The notes beneath the pieces were generated by a model. The model had not been told where the DNA came from. It did not search any database and saw only the letters and a list, made by a program, of their open reading frames with translations. The position numbers and the translations under genes are program-made. Below, piece by piece: positions 12,535 through 26,834 of a stretch of DNA of 64,000 nucleotides. The stretch is from Leucoraja ocellata. Taxonomy: Eukaryota. The stretch is from NCBI GenBank assembly GCA_036785375.1, contig JAWMAR010000034.1, positions 10,974,001 to 11,038,000 on the forward strand. The letters are read 5' to 3'. Within the stretch, counting starts at the first letter, position 1; every line of letters begins with the position of its first letter.

Positions 12535-12966
12535 ACCATATAACAATTACAGCACGGAAACAGGCCATCTCGACCCTTCTAGTCCGTGCCGAACACGTAT
12601 TCTCCCCTAGTCCCATATACCTGCGCTCAGACCATAACCCTCCATACCTTTCCCGTCCATATAACTATCCAATTTATTTTTAAATGATAAAAACGAACCT
12701 GCCTCCACCACCTTCACTGGAAGCTCATTCCACACAGCCACCACTCTCTGAGTAAAGAAGTTCCCCCTCATGTTACCCCTAAACTTCTGTCCCTTAATTC
12801 TCAAGTCATGTCCCCTTGTTTGAATCTTCCCTACTCTCAGTGGGAAAAGCTTATCCAATTCAACTCTGTCTACCCCTCTCATCATTTTAAAGACCTCTAT
12901 CAAGTCCCCCCTTAACCTTCTGCGCTCCAAAGAATAAAGCCCTAACTTGTTCAACCTTTCTCTGTA
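12535..12966 (-). mobile_element. CR1 LINE 3' fragment
   Basis: ERLNKLGLYSLERRRLRGDLIEVFK...TRGH...WNELP on the minus strand. Confidence 0.92.
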
Positions 12967-14294
12967 TATGTGCCCATTCTCAACATCATCTTTGTGGGTC
13001 ATTGACTCAAAGTTCCCTGGTGTCTGAATAGTTTCTTCTGTCTGCCTGGTAATATCTACTGGAGATAGAACTTGGAATAGAATGTCTGTTTTGGAAATGA
13101 GGTTCTGAGATAGCCAAAGATGCTTTTTAGACAGGAAGAAAATGCAAGAGGATGGTGTTGATTCTCCATCTAACTGCAATTAAGGACTTGGAAAAAACAA
13201 TGTAAAAGCCATTATGTAGAAACAAAGAACTGCAGATGCTGGTTGATACAAAAGATGGACACAAAGTGCTGGAGTAACTCAGCGGTCAGGCAGTATCTCT
13301 GGAGAAAAAAGGATGGGTGATGTTTTGGATCGAGCCCATTCATACCCTACAAGGGGGTATTTGTCCATTATGTTGCTGGCTATGATATGCACATTCATTG
13401 GTTAATATCCCAAAAAATCTCATCATGAAGAATTTGAATTTGGAGTTTAAATAGATATAGCTGGTGATGTTGGTCACCATCATTATATAATGGATTTTGA
13501 GATTGTTTTGTAGTCTTACTAATGCAGCTGGTTCATTAATATTCTTTAGGGAAAGATATTTGTCATTTTGTTTTTGTCTGTCGTCTAGCTGACATTACCT
13601 GTTCAGGCAGTTGCTGACTCAAGTGCCCCAACAAGGTTGGCCGAGTTGTGTCACCACTTCCCTGGGAACAATGGATGTGCTGTAAATGTTGGCCACATAT
13701 CAAGTCTGAATTAGACAATGTTGAGACTATTTCATGTCATAACTTGAGTCTGGTAGGCAGCACATCCATTCAACACTGATGGCAGATCAGATGAGTAGAT
13801 TACCTATGGTCCAGAGGGATAGACATTCTCGCCAATGTAAACCTAAACATATAAAAACCTGGTGACTGAAATCCACCTTGTAATCTTGGTGTGGTGTGTT
13901 GCAGATAAATGAGTGGAATGGGTCACTGTGTGGGTGGGCAGTACATCTACAATCCCACAGACAGTGTATCTTCACCAACAACATGGGAGGGGCTTGTAAT
14001 GGAAAAGATCAAAGTCCCAGATGAGTAAAATTGGTCTGGGGATGGAAGGAGTTGGGGAGGGGCTTGTGAAAGCTGGTGAGAAGGGGACATGAGTATTTAA
14101 GACAGAGCTATAATGTCATTGGGCAAGGGTATTGAGAGGTACATGTAGATTGTTAACAGACTGGGATAGATAGCCTCAAGGGAGCGAATGGCCGTCTCCT
14201 GTTCCTTGATCCATGTTTAGTATTGTACACGGTCACCACCAACCAAGGCACGGTTCTCATTAACCTGGTGAATTTGCTGTTCTTTTCCTTCCAG

Positions 14295-14445
14295 GGAGAC
14301 AGTGGGGGCCCGTTGGTCTACCGGCACCGGTATTGGCAACTAATTGGTATCGTGAGCTGGGGCACGGGGTGTGCACGTGCGGGCCGGCCTGGAGTTTACA
14401 CAGATGTGACTTCTCTACTCGACTGGGTCTATAATGCCTATGCAT
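14295..14445 (+). CDS. TMPRSS4: TMPRSS4-like exon with catalytic Ser (GDSGGP)
   Basis: ttccag acceptor and gtaagt donor at 14446. [51 protein letters not shown] (no Cys) resembles human TMPRSS4 PLMY; adjacency to SCN4B supports the orthology. Confidence 0.9.
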
Positions 14446-14452
14446 GTAAGTA

Positions 14453-14585
14453 TGTGGGGACAGGTGTGGTGCCAGGTGTGGGGACAGGTGTGTGGACAGG
14501 TGTGGGTGGGGCCGGGTGTGGGGCCGGGTGCGGGGCCAGGTGTGTGGATAGGTGTGTGGACAGGTGTGGGGACAGGTGCGGGGCC
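14453..14585. repeat. G-rich ~12-bp tandem repeat (gtgtggggacag-like)
   Basis: Visible array directly after the 14446 donor. Confidence 0.85.
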
Positions 14586-15056
14586 AAGCCTTCTGGGCCC
14601 TCTCAGCACACCTGTCGGCATTCCCCTCCTCCTCCTTCCATCAACCCCTCTCTAGACCACTTCATTTCTCCTTTCTTTCTCCAACCGCTCCCATTTTTCC
14701 AGGCCGAAATCTCTCCCTCATTCTTCACTCTTCTTCTCCCTGCCTCCACTCCCCTCCCTCCCCCCCCCCCCCCCCCCCCCCCCCCCCACTTCCATAAGGT
14801 GGTAGTGTGGCTTTAAGGGCGGAAGGCTGGAAGGAACACTACACCTGTGCAATCTAGGCTAACCTGGTCCTCTGCTGCCACCTGGTGTCCAGCATTAGAA
14901 ATGGAGAATCATCAAATTGCAATTATGAGTTTGTTCAACTGCAATTGGTTTGATATCAGATGAGAGATATAGACAAAGGGGTTTTGTTATAACTAAGTGA
15001 GGTGCATAATATTCAGGGTAGAGTGGCTCTGATCACTTTCCTTTTCTCTCCATAAA

Positions 15057-15290
15057 TTCACACAGAGATTTGTGAGTCTGTAGAATTCTCTGCCTCAGAA
15101 GGCGGTGGAGGCAGTTCTCTGGATACTTTCAAGAGAGAGCTAGATAGGGCTCTTAAAAATAGCGGAGTCAGGGGATATGGGGAGAAGGCAGGAACGGGGT
15201 ACCGATTGATGATGATCAGCCATGATCACATTGAATGGCGGTGCTGGCTCGAAGGGCCGAATGGCCTACTCCTGGCACCTATTGTCTATT
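15057..15290 (+). mobile_element. CR1 3' end
   Basis: cacagaga...gaattctctgcc...gggccgaatggcctactcct...ctattgtctatt. Confidence 0.85.
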
Positions 15291-15722
15291 ATAAATCTCA
15301 GACGTGAGCCGTTTGAGCAGTTCATTGTGGTGGAGGATGGGTACTGTGACTGCCAAACCAGCAGAACCAGTGGTTCATGGAAGCCATCCCTGATTTATAC
15401 CGGCCCTTTAATCTACCGACGTGCAGTCTTTGGGTTGTGAAAGGAAACCCATGTGGTCACAGGGAGAATGTGTGAATTCCACACACAAACGGCAGCAGAG
15501 GTCAAGACTGAGCGTTGGGTCACTGGAGGTGTGGTGTGGTGACTGGGCCAGAGGCCACTGTATCATCCAGTGGGACCACACTGCGTTTGCCGTTAACACA
15601 GCCATCCTGTTTTCAATGGGTTTTCTCTAGAATGCTTTGTACCACGAATATTTATTACTTTATCCTCTCTATCTTTCCAAAATGTGTTTAAAAACAAAAA
15701 TGTTTTTTTCCCCCCCCCATAG

Positions 15723-16259
15723 ATGTAAGGGTGAAGGCTTTAGGTAAATTTACACGCCAGTCCTGGGTTTCATTTTCTGGGATCCTGGGAGAACATTGCC
15801 CCAGCATGACCATCGGTGATGGACTCTCCAACTAGATCCGAACTGCTTGTGGAAGATGCTGCTGAGGTGTGGCCTGGACTGGCAGAATACAAGGACCACA
15901 GCCCCAGCCCACTCACAGCCCTTGTCAAAGCTCACACTCAATGGGGTCTGAAGCCAACATGTGGGTCATTGTTAATATTGTATATTGAAGATTGAATACA
16001 ATCCGACAGTTTGTTTTTTTGCGGTTTTGATATCTAAAAACATAAATGTATATTGGGGGACATTGACATATTAAGATGCCACAACGAGCCAAGTGTAAAT
16101 GTCAGTGTCCTCCAAAATGCCTTTAAAATGTACATTAACAATTTTACATCAAAAATATTTACAGAGAGCTAGTTTATTATTACATTCTTCTTGATTTAAT
16201 TATGACTGTCAAATGAGATTTGCGGGTTTTGCAAAGAGAATTTCAAGATTGCCAATAAA
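15723..16259 (+). other. TMPRSS4: Probable terminal exon / 3' UTR of TMPRSS4-like gene
   Basis: Strong acceptor (ttttttcccccccccatag) ending at 15722, followed by ATG TAA; AATAAA at 16254-16259. Reading phase is uncertain (see findings). Confidence 0.55.
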
Positions 16260-19200
16260 GAAAAAAATCCAATGTTGGAAATGAAGGTTTGATTGCGGGA
16301 CCTGATGGGTCAGTGATCACACCCAACTCTGCCACCAGAAGTCAAAGAACCATTTATATGTCTGTTTTGAAACTATATATACTGAGTTGAGGATTGTTGG
16401 TGCCCAGAGATGCAGTCTTGCCCTGTTTTATGCACTGTCTTGATATTGTAGCCTTTATATACAACACCCTGTGAAATTGGAACATTGATATACAACACCC
16501 TGTGATATTGGGGCATTTATACAAGGATATATTTTATTATGCAAGGTAAATATTGCAGGTTCTCAAACATTATATGCAGGGTCCAACATACCTCAAGTTG
16601 TCCAACACACTAGTTTTTGTCCATGTGAGATTCGTCAAAGTCAAATTGAGTTTTGGGCTGCGTATATCTGGTTAGAAACTAGAGCCAACTTGCCCAGAAC
16701 GATGAACAGCACACCAGATCTAGATTTCACCCCGAGGCCTGGAGCTGAACATCTGTGTAGAGGCTTTCTACAGCTGGATTAAGAGGTAGCAAACTTTATT
16801 TTGTAAAGGCATTTATTTAAATGGAAGTCATTCTTTTGTTGACATTTTATTAAATTGCACAGGCAAGGATGTGGGCAGATGTAATGTCCAGGCTTGGTGT
16901 GATAGCATTGATGTGGTGCTTGTACACATTTACCAGCCAGCTCCTCAATCATCCCAGTGAGAGCTGTTCGCTGCCAGAACAGTGGTGAGGGGAGCAAGGA
17001 GTGTTGGGCTACAAGGAGTCTCAGTGCTCTTCGATCGAAGAGCGGGAAAAAAACATGCCAAGATTTCTAGTGGACATTGGGCATAGGACAAGTTAAGGAT
17101 CAGGCTATGATACATTCCCTTCTCTCCAGATATCCTGTCTGCTTGTGCTACCTGGATAGCCTGTGTTGAACAGCCAAGTGTAATGCATGTTCAGCTAGCA
17201 GCGGGCGAGGACTTGAGTGTCTTTCCTTGGCTACAAAGCAGTTTCTACATATTTATATATGCAAAACAATCTACTTTCATTCACTGTAAGAGATGCCTGG
17301 AGGATGTAGCCAATGCAAAGAACTTTCAGTTTGTCTGTCTCTCCATCTCTTATTTCCATTTCTCTTCTGTTGCTAATTAGCTACAAGGCCAATGGTTAAA
17401 GGCTGGCATAATCCTCCTGGATTGTATTCCTTGCTGGCGAAGTGGCTCTCGTTTGACCTTGAAATCTTGTGAAAACTGATTTGTCAAAATGAGATTGTTT
17501 TGGATTGTTTAAAATAAATTGATAATTGTAAGATCTGTCCACGATGTATTTTTCCGATGCATTGAAGAGGGAAGTGTCTGAAACCAACGTCCATGTTCAT
17601 TTTAGTTGTATCTAGACCCACCCCATCGCAACGGATGATCCAAATTCTACTAGAAGATTCCCTCCCTGGTTCAGCTGGAGAGAATGATTCAAATACTCGA
17701 GGCTACATTGAAATGTGTTTATTTAATTTGTGACAGATTCTCAGTATAAAATAGATCTATTACCAGCATACAAAATTAAATATAATCTAGAATGTCAATC
17801 CTTTATACATTAGCAAGACATGCATAGTTTGTATTTGGCATCTAAATCAAAAATAGGCAATGCATACTTCATTGAAAGAGAGTTTGAGAATCACAGCTAC
17901 CATGACCATGTTGAACTGTTCCTTGCCCAGAGGGGACCACGCACTCCGCTACCTACAAGGCGCAGGAGTTAAAGATGATGGGGTGGGGAGAAAGGACTAG
18001 GCTTATTGAAATATCAATGTGGTACAGTGCTGGAAACAGGATGAAGGAAGGAGCTGCAGTGGGAGAGGGGCCACAGGGCAGTGGAAGGTTAGGAGAGAGA
18101 GAAGAGAGACATGGAAAGGGCATGAAGAAGGTTGAGAAGAGGGGGAAGGGTTAGAACTGTGGGAATGAGAGAGGAAAGGGGAGTGGGAAGTTGGAAGCAG
18201 CCAAAGATGGAAAGGTTCTGATGAGGAGAAGGAGGAATCGGGGCTAGAGGGCAGTTAAGGAAGAGGGATAGAGGGAGAAGGATTGGCCAGGTGGAGAGAG
18301 TGAAGAGGGTGGGAGGTCAAGGATAGTTTATTCTCTGGAGCAAAGAGCAACGGTAACATTCAGACAGAAAACCTTTTAGAATTGGTCATTTGATATTTGA
18401 ACAATATATTTGTAGAATGAACTCCAGGATAGCAGTGGTCATCAAAAACATTTTCATTCAGCAGAAAGTGATTGTATTTCTCAGGCATAGTTTTGATATT
18501 TGGCTAATATTTATCATCAGAACACACTTGGGTTTCTATGTTGTGGACAATCTGTGACGTATGTGGAGAGATAATGGTTGTTAACGGTGCTAACTGCGGA
18601 GGAGACGTTTCATTGTCACAACATTGGTAAATAATACAATGGCTTGTGGTAGTTGGGTGACATCATCATCTCTCTCTGCAGCAGTAATCCAATGATTATC
18701 TCAGTCCCATTCATATGTATCAACTTAAAGGCCAATAACAGGATGTAGTTCCAATCTCAAATGCACTATTTTTATAGAACATGCTTAGTGTGTTCATGTT
18801 ATGGGTTGTTCACTGAAGTGTGTCAGGTGCTATTACACGCCTGCGTACAATGTCAGTGTGACATGGACATCCCTCGTCCTTCACGACCTGTGCAGATTTC
18901 ATTCAGAATGACCCTGCCTTTTGGTTTCTGCTGGATGTGAAGGCTTGTTTACATCGGACAGCAATAGTGGCCTCTGTTGTAACACAAAAGGCCACAGGCT
19001 GCTGATTAGCAAGCACCAATCTAACGGGCATGTCACTAGGAGGTTTGCCCAGTGAGAGAACGTTGTTCACTTAGAGTTTGGAAAGGGAAAGAAGGAATAT
19101 AACAGACCAATGGCTGAGAATGGATCCCAGGCTGAACTCGAAGCTCCAATATGTGTGGTGGAGATTCTGCCAATCTCATGGAGACTAGGGAGAGGTATGG

Positions 19201-21117
19201 TCATGTAATCCCAGTAACTCGCACCACAATTTCCATAGATTTAGTTGGTAATTAATTTGTGAGAAACTATCCTTCATTGATTGCAGGCATCGTGCATGAT
19301 TAGGTTGACATTTGCAAAGTGCACAGTACAGTTTAGTATGCACAGTGTATTGACACGGGCTGCCACAACAGCAAACTAGCTGTGAGCTGGTTCACAATCG
19401 CATTTCAATCAGCAGTTGTCCAACTGAAGCATGTGAAGGTCTCCGTGACTGACTACATGCATGAAGGTAAGTCACTTGACACATCCATGAGGCAACCAGT
19501 GGGGTAGGAACATCTGAATGGCCAACATCTGCTTGAATAGATCTTGAATCCTCGAGGCAGCAAGGTGGAACATGCATGCAGGTGAAAGCTCATGCATTGT
19601 TGTAATGAAGCATGCATTACTTGGGCTATCTTGTGAAGTTATCAGTATTACAGTACAGAAAGTCACTCGCTGGTTGTCAATACCTTGTGTTTCTGGAGTG
19701 GGAGAATTGAAATGAAAATTAGTCCAACAGATCACAGGTTTAAACCGTTTCTCCTGAACACAGGTGAGTTAATTAAAGAAGGGAATTTGTCAATGGATCA
19801 AACATCGTAGCTGAGGAACATACATATCCCTTCATAATTCTTGTTACTTCTACACAGAAAGACTTAATCACCTTCAGTACAGGAAGCTCTTGATTGATTA
19901 GTTTCATGCCCGATTCCTAACATCTTAACCTGAAAATTCCCATTCAACCACGGATCATTAGTGATACTGTAGACATAAAGGTCTCGTACACCTGTGGTTT
20001 CTGGGAGCTGGTGCACATGCAGGATGCTAGTCCTCTAAGCTGCTCAAGTTAATTAATACATTTTCACACAACACATTGCCATGGTCACATTGAATGGCGG
20101 TGCTGGCTCGAAGGACTGAATGGCCTCCTCCTGTACCTATTGTCTATTATCTATTTACTAAAAAATATTTAGTAATCTCTTCGTAATATTTAAAAAAAAT
20201 GTAAATGTGAAAATCCAGTTGCTAACTGTTTGCGGGTGCCAGTATAATGCACGGCCACAAAACATTACTCCCAACATCTGATGACCAGTAAATAAAAACT
20301 GGGAGAGGTGAATGAAATATTGCAATAGTTCAGGGTGCTTGCCAACCATGTTTCATGTAACTCTCCGCACGCCCACACTACACTGCCCATGAAGTACATT
20401 GTAAAGAAGCTGAGTTCTAGTAATATCACATTAAGGTTCCACCTGGCAGGCATCATCTCTTGATTCATACTGTTCCACATGCAAGTTGATGGGTGCCAAG
20501 TCTCCCAGTGGTTATTCATTAGGCATATATTTATACTATTAATGGTAAAGCAGCCATGAATCTCTTTTTCTGATCTGTGAAGCAGTAAATCAAGTTGGCA
20601 GCGCTGGTATCAGGTCCTACACATCTAGTATTGGACACGGATCCTGTTCTCACACAAGGGTTATGCACATGCAGCTTCTGTGGTTACAAGTACGTTTTGG
20701 CTCCAGTGGCAATCACAAGCAGGGTGCAGATGAACAGTAGCTTTAGCCTGATTATCTCCTGTCTATTTGTGCCTACACAAGCCAAAGGCCAAATGGTGAA
20801 CAAACACTGCCGGGGTGGTCAAACTCTGTTATTCTCAAGGATAATGAGAATGATCCACAAGTGCCAGGTTCCTGTTGTAGTTACAAACATTTGCAGCATA
20901 ACATCACTCGACAACAGGGGGTGCAAAGTCACCCAGTGTTTTACATGGATCATTTGTCCACCCTCCAGCTGACCACCTCCTGCCCGGACCATCTCTATCT
21001 GATTAGCCAACCTGCCCATGCATGCTTCAATAACATGTATTCCTATTTTCTCATTCCACATTCTATCCACTCAGAGCTATGCTCTATTGACTCCCTGGCT
21101 ATTGGCTCCATCTTCGG

Positions 21118-21460
21118 CCTAGATAGAGTGGATATGGAGAGGATGTTTCCAGTAGTGGGAGAGTCTAGGACCAAAGGGCACAGCCTTAGAATAAGAGGAG
21201 GTACCTTTAGAATGGAGAAGAGGAGGAATCTGTTCAGCCTGAGGGTGGTGAACCTGTGGAATTCATTGCCACAATGATGATTGTGGAGGCCAGTCATTGG
21301 ATATTTTTGAAGTGGAGATTGATAGAGTCTTGGCTAGTACAGGAGCCAAGGGTTATGGGGAGAAGGCAGGAGAATGGGGTTGAGTGGGAAAATAGATCAG
21401 CCATGATCAAATGGCAGAGCAGACTCGATGGGCTGAATGGCCTAATTCTGCTCCAATGTC
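21118..21460 (+). mobile_element. CR1 3' fragment
   Basis: LDRVDMERMFPVVGESRTKGHSLRI...RVVNLWNSLP. Confidence 0.85.
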
Positions 21461-23384
21461 TGGCAAATGTGGAGTATATATTCGTCAAGAGCATCCAACT
21501 GCCCTATTTACCCCATGCACATCAGTGAATCTGAATTAGTGCTTTATGGATTAAACATAGAAAACAGATGCAGGAGTAGGCCATTCAATATGATCATGGC
21601 TGATCATCCAAAATCAGTACCCCATTCTGTTTTTCCCCTGTATCCCTTATTCCCTTAGCCCTAAAGAGCTAAATCTAACTCTCTCCTGAAAATTAAAGGA
21701 GATGTGTAGTGCGTTCTTTTAAAAAGAAAATGGTGTGTACATGGAACGTGCTGCTGGAGGTGGTGGTGCAAACACATACAACAGTGGCATTTAATTGGCT
21801 TTTAGATTGGCACATGGCTATGTAGGGAATCACATGCAGGCAGAGGCTAGTTTAACTTGGCATCATGTTCAGCACCGACATTGTGGGCTGAAGGGCCTGT
21901 TCCTGTGGTCTATTGTTCCATGTTGTATGAAGATGGTTCAGTGTAGTGGACAGGGAAGCAAAGAGCTATCTAGTACAGGGAGGGTCACTGATGACCTAAG
22001 CCAGCACTGACATGTTTAACGACTCGACCTAGTAAAATCAAGGTGATGATATCATGTCAAGGTATGGTGTGGTCATCAAACACATCAGAAGCATGACTTT
22101 CCCAAATGATTAACCTAACAGTTCTGAAGACAGTGGGATGATGTTATTTTCTTCCCCTTCAGTCTTGTCACACCTGGTTGAAGTTATCCCAGGTGCATAC
22201 ACCGGTTGGAAACACTGCGGTAATATTCCTTGTTTATCTCTTAATTGTCACAACCCAAGAATGAGCAGGAAATAAAATCAGGGATAACAGTCACCAATGA
22301 AACACTAGGTCCAATAATGAAAGGAAAATAAGGAAGCAGCTATAAATTAATTTTGAATTCCAAATTCATTCATGTAGGAAGTAAATTTATAATAATTGCC
22401 ATTTCCTGTGAAAAAAGGATGAATCATCCATGGACTTTAGTAAAGCTTTCAACAAGTGGGGCAACTGGTACAGAAGTGTATCATGCATCAAGGGCTGAAG
22501 GGTCTGTTTCTGTGCTGTATCTCTAAACTAAACTAAGCTAAAATTAATAAACCAACACCAATACTGAGAGTGAAAATGGGCCTCGACCCGAAACAACACC
22601 TATCCATGTTCTCCAGAGATGCTGCCTGGCCCGCTGAGTTACTCCAGCATTTTGTGTCTGTCTGTGTATTAACCAGCATCTGCAGTTCCTAGTTTCTACC
22701 AATACCTGCCATCTCTGGCCAGTAAATGGACCACCTTTATCCACCATGTGGTTGAGCTGGAGCTGACTCCTCAGTACATGGACAACTACTGATGGACACT
22801 CAATGCCTACATTGCCAGCCAGGGACGGTTGCATCCTCAGAGCAAATAAACAATACTTCCCAGGCAGTATCATCATTAAAAACAGCCATTAAGAAATAAA
22901 ATCAGAATACAAATGGTGGTGAACATGTGGAATCCTGACTTCACTGAGAGGTTATGTTGCTTTATGTAAGGGGAGGATATCAGAACTATGAAGCAAAGGC
23001 AAGGGGAAGTAATGAGGTGGAGACAAGCCGTGAGGAATGGCTAATCTTGCAGATGGTTGAGGATAAAGTAACATAGATATAAAAATAGTCATGGGAGATG
23101 TCCAGATTAAAGACATGGTGTCTCTACCGTAACCAGAACATTTAGTTAACTAGATCTAGAATGTAACTTAAATTGGTCAAAGATGAGACAGGAGAATTAA
23201 TCCTTTCACAATTAACTTGAGTTCAGAGATGGATGAAGGTAGATTCCATTCTCCTTTCAAAAGGCAATTTGGTAGATACTGGAGAATATCCAGAGTGTGG
23301 GGAACAGCAGTGAGAAGTTTCATGGCCCTTGAATTAGATGGTCTTGATCCATGATATGCTTCTATGATTTCTCTTTTGTAAAGG

Positions 23385-23735
23385 TGTATCTCATAGAGGT
23401 GTACAAAATCACCAGAGGAATAGGTTGGGTAAACAGTCTTTCGCCCCGAGTAGGGGAATGAAGAATCAGAGGACATAGGTTTAAGGTGAGGGGGGAAGAT
23501 TTAATAGGAACCTGTCTTACACAAAGGGTGGTGGGTGTATGGAACAAACTGCCAGAGGAGGTATTTAAGGCAGGTACCATCTCAACGTTTAAGAAACATT
23601 TTCACAGGTACATGGACAGGATAGGTTTAGAGGGATATGGGCCAAATGTGGGTAGGTGGGACTAGTGGAGATGACATGTTGGTCGGTGTGGGCAAGTTGG
23701 GCTGTAGGGCCTGTTTCCACACTGTGCGACTATGA
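23385..23735 (+). mobile_element. CR1 3' fragment
   Basis: Degenerate TRGH/QRVV region and the 3' UTR gggcctgtttccacactgt. Confidence 0.8.
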
Positions 23736-24791
23736 TGCTAATGTTCATTCATGTTATTCTTACCCAGACCGTTTTGTATGTGACCCCTGTCCCACAGTGT
23801 TATTGGTTTATAATTGTCCATTGAAATGACCTTCATAGTAGTCATTTCAATAAAGGGTGGGAAATAAATTCTGCAAATGAATATATACAAATAACTGAAG
23901 TGCACAACTTGCTGGAAGGATAGCAGGGTGGTGGTGATGTGATATTGTGTCAGTTAGCTGGGTGAAGCTGAACATGTACAAGATATAGTGACCAAGGAAC
24001 ATTGAGTGATGTACCTCCACTCCCCACCAGTCTGGGAGAGAATGTTCCGGAGACGTGTGTGTGAATGCATCCTGCAAATAATCCTCAAAGATGCCTCACA
24101 ATACAAGTTCCTGATCACCATTGCTGATCAATCCAACTAGCTAGGCATGAACACCAGTTAAATTAGTGAAGGAGGAAATATATTCTATATGGCCCAAACC
24201 CTGGTAACCGATCTGTCTAATAGTCTAGTTTAAGAAGCCTGTGGTATCTTGCAGAAAAACATCTACTTATTCATTATCTGGCAAGAACCATCTCAGTGTT
24301 CACACTAGACTCACAACGCCTTTAGTCCACTTGCAGAATAGTCAGGAGCAAAGCGTTACCTTACAGGTTCTGACTGCTGTGGATGTGATTACCAACAACA
24401 ACTGTAATTCAGAAGACACTGAGCTAAAAAGAAAAGAAATTAAAACGACAGTAAGATATCAGGTAAAAGGCCGCACCTGACACAAGACTGGTGTCGGCCC
24501 GTTTACAAACAGCGCGTGCATGCTGCAAGGCAGATGAGTCACATGCCCTAATGTCTGAGGGATGACAGTAGTGAGGGTTGAGGAGATCAGTGTGTGTCTG
24601 GGACAGGTGTATCTCCATACCTGTGGTATCTCATGCTGATGGCCCGTGTCTCCAGCACAAAGTGTGTACCCCCCTCCTCCCCCCCATCTTGTTGTGTGTG
24701 GTAGGGTTACCTTATAATGTAATGTGCTTGCTAGTGTTTTAATAGGCACATCTCATGTCTTTGAGCACTGATGTTAAAATTGGTGCAATCT

Positions 24792-24879
24792 TCACGCCTT
24801 TGGTGGACTTTTGAGGTCGGCCTTGGAACCATAATGTCCATGTTGAGTGTTGGCGCAGGAGTTTACCAGGCACTCCTCC
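24792..24879 (-). CDS. SCN4B: SCN4B exon 5 (C-terminus)
   Basis: ctag acceptor; (K)EECLVNSCANTQHGHYGSKADLKSPPKA*, similar to human ECLVSSSG...GSKAEEKPPSKV*. Confidence 0.93.
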
Positions 24880-25349
24880 CTAGAGAGACCACAGCAAGCA
24901 GCATCAATACAATCACCTACCCATCAGTTTCACCCAGTCAACACTTTACTCATGGGGATACAAACAAGCAGTTGCTTCACCAATCAGTAGAATGACATTG
25001 CCCCGCAGAGCAATGTCTCGGAGAGCAGCTCCACCAGCTGTGCTGCTGCAACTTGGCCAAAACTGGTGAATGGCCATGACCCACATGGGATAATGCCGGA
25101 AACTACAGCTCATGTTGTGGTAGTCCAGCCTTGCGTTAGGCTTCTGTGGCATTAGGATAATCAGTGTTTTATAACCACTATTGCAACACGGGAACACAGC
25201 AAGGTCCCAGAAACAGAGCTGACATTGACAGAATAATTCTGCACTGACACTGAGGGATAACACGAGCTAGGACTTCAAGAAATAAATTCCTGTTTCTCTT
25301 TGGTTAGTATATCCAAGTGAGCCCATGGCTTAACATCTTCAAATCCAGT

Positions 25350-25587
25350 GTTAAAACGCATTTGTACTCCCTGGCTTTTGACCATGCCTGAGGCTTTGCT
25401 TCTGTTTGTGGTGTATTTGATGTTTCTTTATTTTACATGTCTTTTCCTACTATTTCTTTTGATTGTTATTTTTGGTGTGTATTAACTTTTTTGTCAATGA
25501 TTAGTGATGTACAGCACTTTGTTGCAGCTATGTTTGTTTTTAAAGTGCTCTATAAATAAAATTATTATTATTATTATTATTATTATA
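25350..25587 (+). mobile_element. L2-like LINE 3' end with (TTA)n tail
   Basis: aaaacgcatttgtactccctggcttt...gtacagcactttg...aataaa(att)n. Confidence 0.6.
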
Positions 25588-26834
25588 AAGTATCACCCAC
25601 TATAGGCCACCTCTGACAGAGCAGAATTTCATCAGGAAAACGATTATAAACCATTCTCTAGAGTGGGGCTTGAACTCACAACCTCCTCACTCAGAGGTGG
25701 GAGTAAAAGCGAGTGTAACACAGGGCAAACCATTGAAAGCGAGAGATGCATTGATCAGAACGTGCAGGTTTGATTGAAGGGCAAGGGGTGGGTGTTCTTG
25801 CATGACTTGCCAAAGTAAACCTTTCATTCTGACCTTCCCCAAGTTCACTGAAGCAAATGGGAATGCACAAATTTAACAATGGAATTAGTCTTTAGGCTGG
25901 TTTAGACTGACCCAGCCTGACCCAGCCTGCTCCATTAGTTGGGATCACAAGGATAGTGGGAACAGCAATGTACCAGAAAATGGAAGGAGGGGATCTAAAA
26001 CGTTTGCAAACATGAACTATCTTGAAGGAGGAACAATGCACTGTCAATATTATTGCATGCCGCTGAGCGGCTGATAGTCAGAAAGAGAAAATTGCAGATA
26101 AATCCCTGAGGATTTGCCCTCCCACCACTGAAATACGGTTCTGTTAGCTGATTATAAAGAGTTTTACACTGATTCTCAAATCATTCACACTATGGATGAC
26201 ATCAACAATGCACAACTACGCCTTGTAACACTACGACATGAGCAAGGGTTACCCATCCAAAGCAGCCACTCAAGTTATCGTCACCCAACACTGTGTTGTG
26301 TCGTGTGTCTTGCTGTAATTGCATCTAATGCATCTGTAAAGCTGCAGCAAGGATCATTCATCCAGTTAATATCCATTGCATATGACATATCAACACTATT
26401 GGCTCCTGTTACATTGAACCTGTCTGATCTTGTCCTATTACAAAGCACATAGTCTGACACTCACACTACTTCTCTTGCATAGAATTAGCAAAACATAGAC
26501 CCTGCCATAAACACCGAGGATTGCACCTTATTCGTTGCTTGATATCTTTGAGGTGATAGAAGAGTTAAATATTGTGTTAGAACATAGATGAAGACCATGG
26601 CCTTATCTTGTTGCACTGCACTCCATCCAGCAACTCAACTACTTGAGGCATGACAATAAAACTATAGGCATAGACTATAGGCACGGCTACGGAGAGGTAT
26701 ATCAAAGACTATTATAGTTCACCAGCTTGTTGATATTCCCATCTTGCAAATTGCTAACTGGAAACATTATCTTTAAATAGTTTGTAAATAAGTATGTTGG
26801 ATAATAATCTTTTGCACATTCACATCTTACTTAC

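Noticed and set aside
14446-14816. Gly/Pro-rich C-terminal extension of the protease ORF
   Set aside because: Read-through past a consensus gtaagt donor into tandem repeat and poly-C intron sequence.
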